A stretch of 64,000 nt of DNA from Azolla caroliniana (taxonomy: Eukaryota; Plantae; Polypodiophyta): contig JBHGNT010000009.1 in NCBI GenBank assembly GCA_043228905.1, positions 12,276,001-12,340,000 on the forward strand, read 5' to 3'. This document shows, one piece after another, positions 61,997 through 64,000 of this stretch. Position numbers and translations under genes: made by a program. The notes beneath the pieces were generated by a model. The model had not been told where the DNA came from. It worked only from the letters and a program-made list of their open reading frames with translations, and did not search any database. How positions within the stretch are numbered: the first letter of the stretch is position 1; every line of letters begins with the position of its first letter.

Positions 61997-64000
61997 TGTT
62001 ACCCGGCCGGCAAGAAGGCTTAAGAAGGTCCACACCAGAGTGTGAAAGGGATAGTTTATTCAGGAACTGTTGTAATTAGTAGTCTTAATATATATGAGAA
62101 GATGTGGAAGGACGGACCGGAATCGGTGTGCCGATCCGGATCCGGACCGATCCCGAAAAGGTGCTGGTTGGCACCGTTTTGTACTTCGCACTGGAGACCT
62201 ATATAATGGACCGGTTACAATGTAATCGACATCGGATAATTAATAGAACTTATTGCCTTAATCCTTCAGTATTGATTACCGTTCTGTACTCATTGTTATA
62301 TCTTACGCGTGTTAATGATGTGTTGCTAAGTAATCGATTAAGGTCTAATTAAACGTTGTGTCGTAAGTCATTCTGTCGTAACACCCTTTGGTGAAGTGTC
62401 TTAAGTGGACACTTTGTGTTAGGCTGTTGTCCGGCCCTAGGATTAACAAAGTTTTTGGCGACCACAATTCCTGCACAATCGTAGTGAACAGCGGCGGGAA
62501 TGGATGACTAGGCCAACAGACGACCCGGTTACAGAGAGAGCACGAAGACTTGTTGAACGATGAAGGCGGCGAGAGGCTTTCCAGCAAGCAGTGGAAGAAA
62601 TCCGATCGGATCGATCATTTTCTAAAATGATCCGGAAAGTGGTGGAGGAGTTGCTCTGGTTGCAACAAGACGCCTACTCGGATGAAGGAAGTAGCTGAAG
62701 CAGCCTTCGGGAAGCGGAATGCCTTCTCCAGGCCTTGGCCGGAAGAGACGGCGAATCTGAAGCATTTTCAGCGCTGGAATCGGATTCGGAAGGGGGTTAC
62801 AGCACGCACACGAACTATCGCAGCAGTAATGACACCCCAGGAGGACCGGAGGACGAGGAGTCGGATACATTACCGACACCGGAACCAGAGTTGGCAGACC
62901 GGGAACCTCCGATACTAGACGTGGAGTAACCTCCGGAGACGGAAGAAGACCGGCAAAGACCTTCAACACTAGAACTTGAGCCGGCAACCCCACAGGAAGA
63001 CCGGCAAAGACCTCCAACGCCGATGGAACAACAGGAAAGACCACGAACATCGCCAACCCGCGTACCGACACCGGACGACGACATGCCGTTCCAGTACTCC
63101 AAGTATAGGGATGACCCGAATGCGGAGGCTCATGTCCACGCATTTCAACAAACATGGGAGGCGAACCATGTGTCACAACGGTTAACTGCGGCCGAAGAGG
63201 AACAATCTAAGATAGCCGAATTCGGCGTGACATTGGAAGGACTGGCCGCCAGATGGCACCGGACGCAGGACCCCAGCACAATCACCACCTTTGCGGACCT
63301 GAAAGATAAATTCTTGCACTTCTTTCAGAAGGAGGTGGACCGGAGAGAAATGGTGGGCCTATTTTATACCATCCGGCAGAACCCCGAGGAGAGCATTCCG
63401 CAGTTTGTCATTTGGTTTTAGTGGATGCACAGTCAGCTTACCCGCGCACCTCCGGAGGAAGAAACACGGGCTATATTCTTAGCCACGCTCCGAGAACCTC
63501 TACGAACGGTATGCACGGTCATTGACTTTCGCACAAGCACCGTCGACTAGGTCATCGACCGGGTTAGAGAAATGGAGAAAACGAGCTCTTGGCTAACAAT
63601 GGGAGCCCTCCAATGAGCATTACCAACCGATGAGGATCTCCGGTTCCGACAAGCAATCCAATGCACGACCTGCTTGAATTCCAGACACTCGGCATTGGAG
63701 TGCACCATGCAGACGCACTGCTTACTCTGCCAATCTACGAGCCACACGATGGACCGGTGCGAATATAACTTATTGAATCGGCAAGCACCACCAGTCTGGA
63801 AAATCGAGCCACGTAGCAACTGAGACGAACGCTGGCGGCGAGAGGAGTGATATCGACCGGCACAGGATGTCCGGTACGACGATCGGCAAGACAACTATGA
63901 CCGGTACAAGAGATATGACGGGTACCGAGATTACAATGGATGGTACGAGAATCACAACCGGGATCACTCCCCCGAATATCACCAACGACAGGAAGATTAC
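61997..64000 (+). mobile_element. Athila/Tat/Ogre-like Gypsy 5' end (LTR, PBS, gag), running off the window
   Basis: TGTTAC start; probable LTR end at 62448; PBS TGGCGACCACA at 62456-62466 (tRNA-Arg-like); Retrotrans_gag-like FGVTLEGLAARWH...IRQNPEESI. Confidence 0.75.

Overview
The window is almost entirely nested plant retrotransposon DNA; no intact host gene was found. The element mix suggests bryophyte heterochromatin, possibly near a centromere (inference). Ty1/Copia content: Tnt1/Tork-like fragments and five Bryco/RLC5-like pieces. Ty3/Gypsy content: a split Tcn1-like chromovirus, three related tRNA-Trp-type FLDD non-chromovirus families (A, B, C; provisionally Phygy-like), two Athila/Tat-like elements, and one fully intact 4.66-kb element with identical LTRs. 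A decayed, intron-containing Sola2-like DNA transposase is also present. Main observations: (1) tRNA-type Pol III A-box/B-box cassettes lie antisense in the U3 of two unrelated Gypsy lineages (7 LTR copies). (2) Families A and B insert at RCGT with 4-bp TSDs, including two different solo LTRs stacked on one ACGT. (3) One insertion has a U3 end at both termini. (4) Bryco-like Pol has an in-frame tail between two polypurine tracts. All coordinates were read by eye, and clade names come from motif recognition, not database searches.
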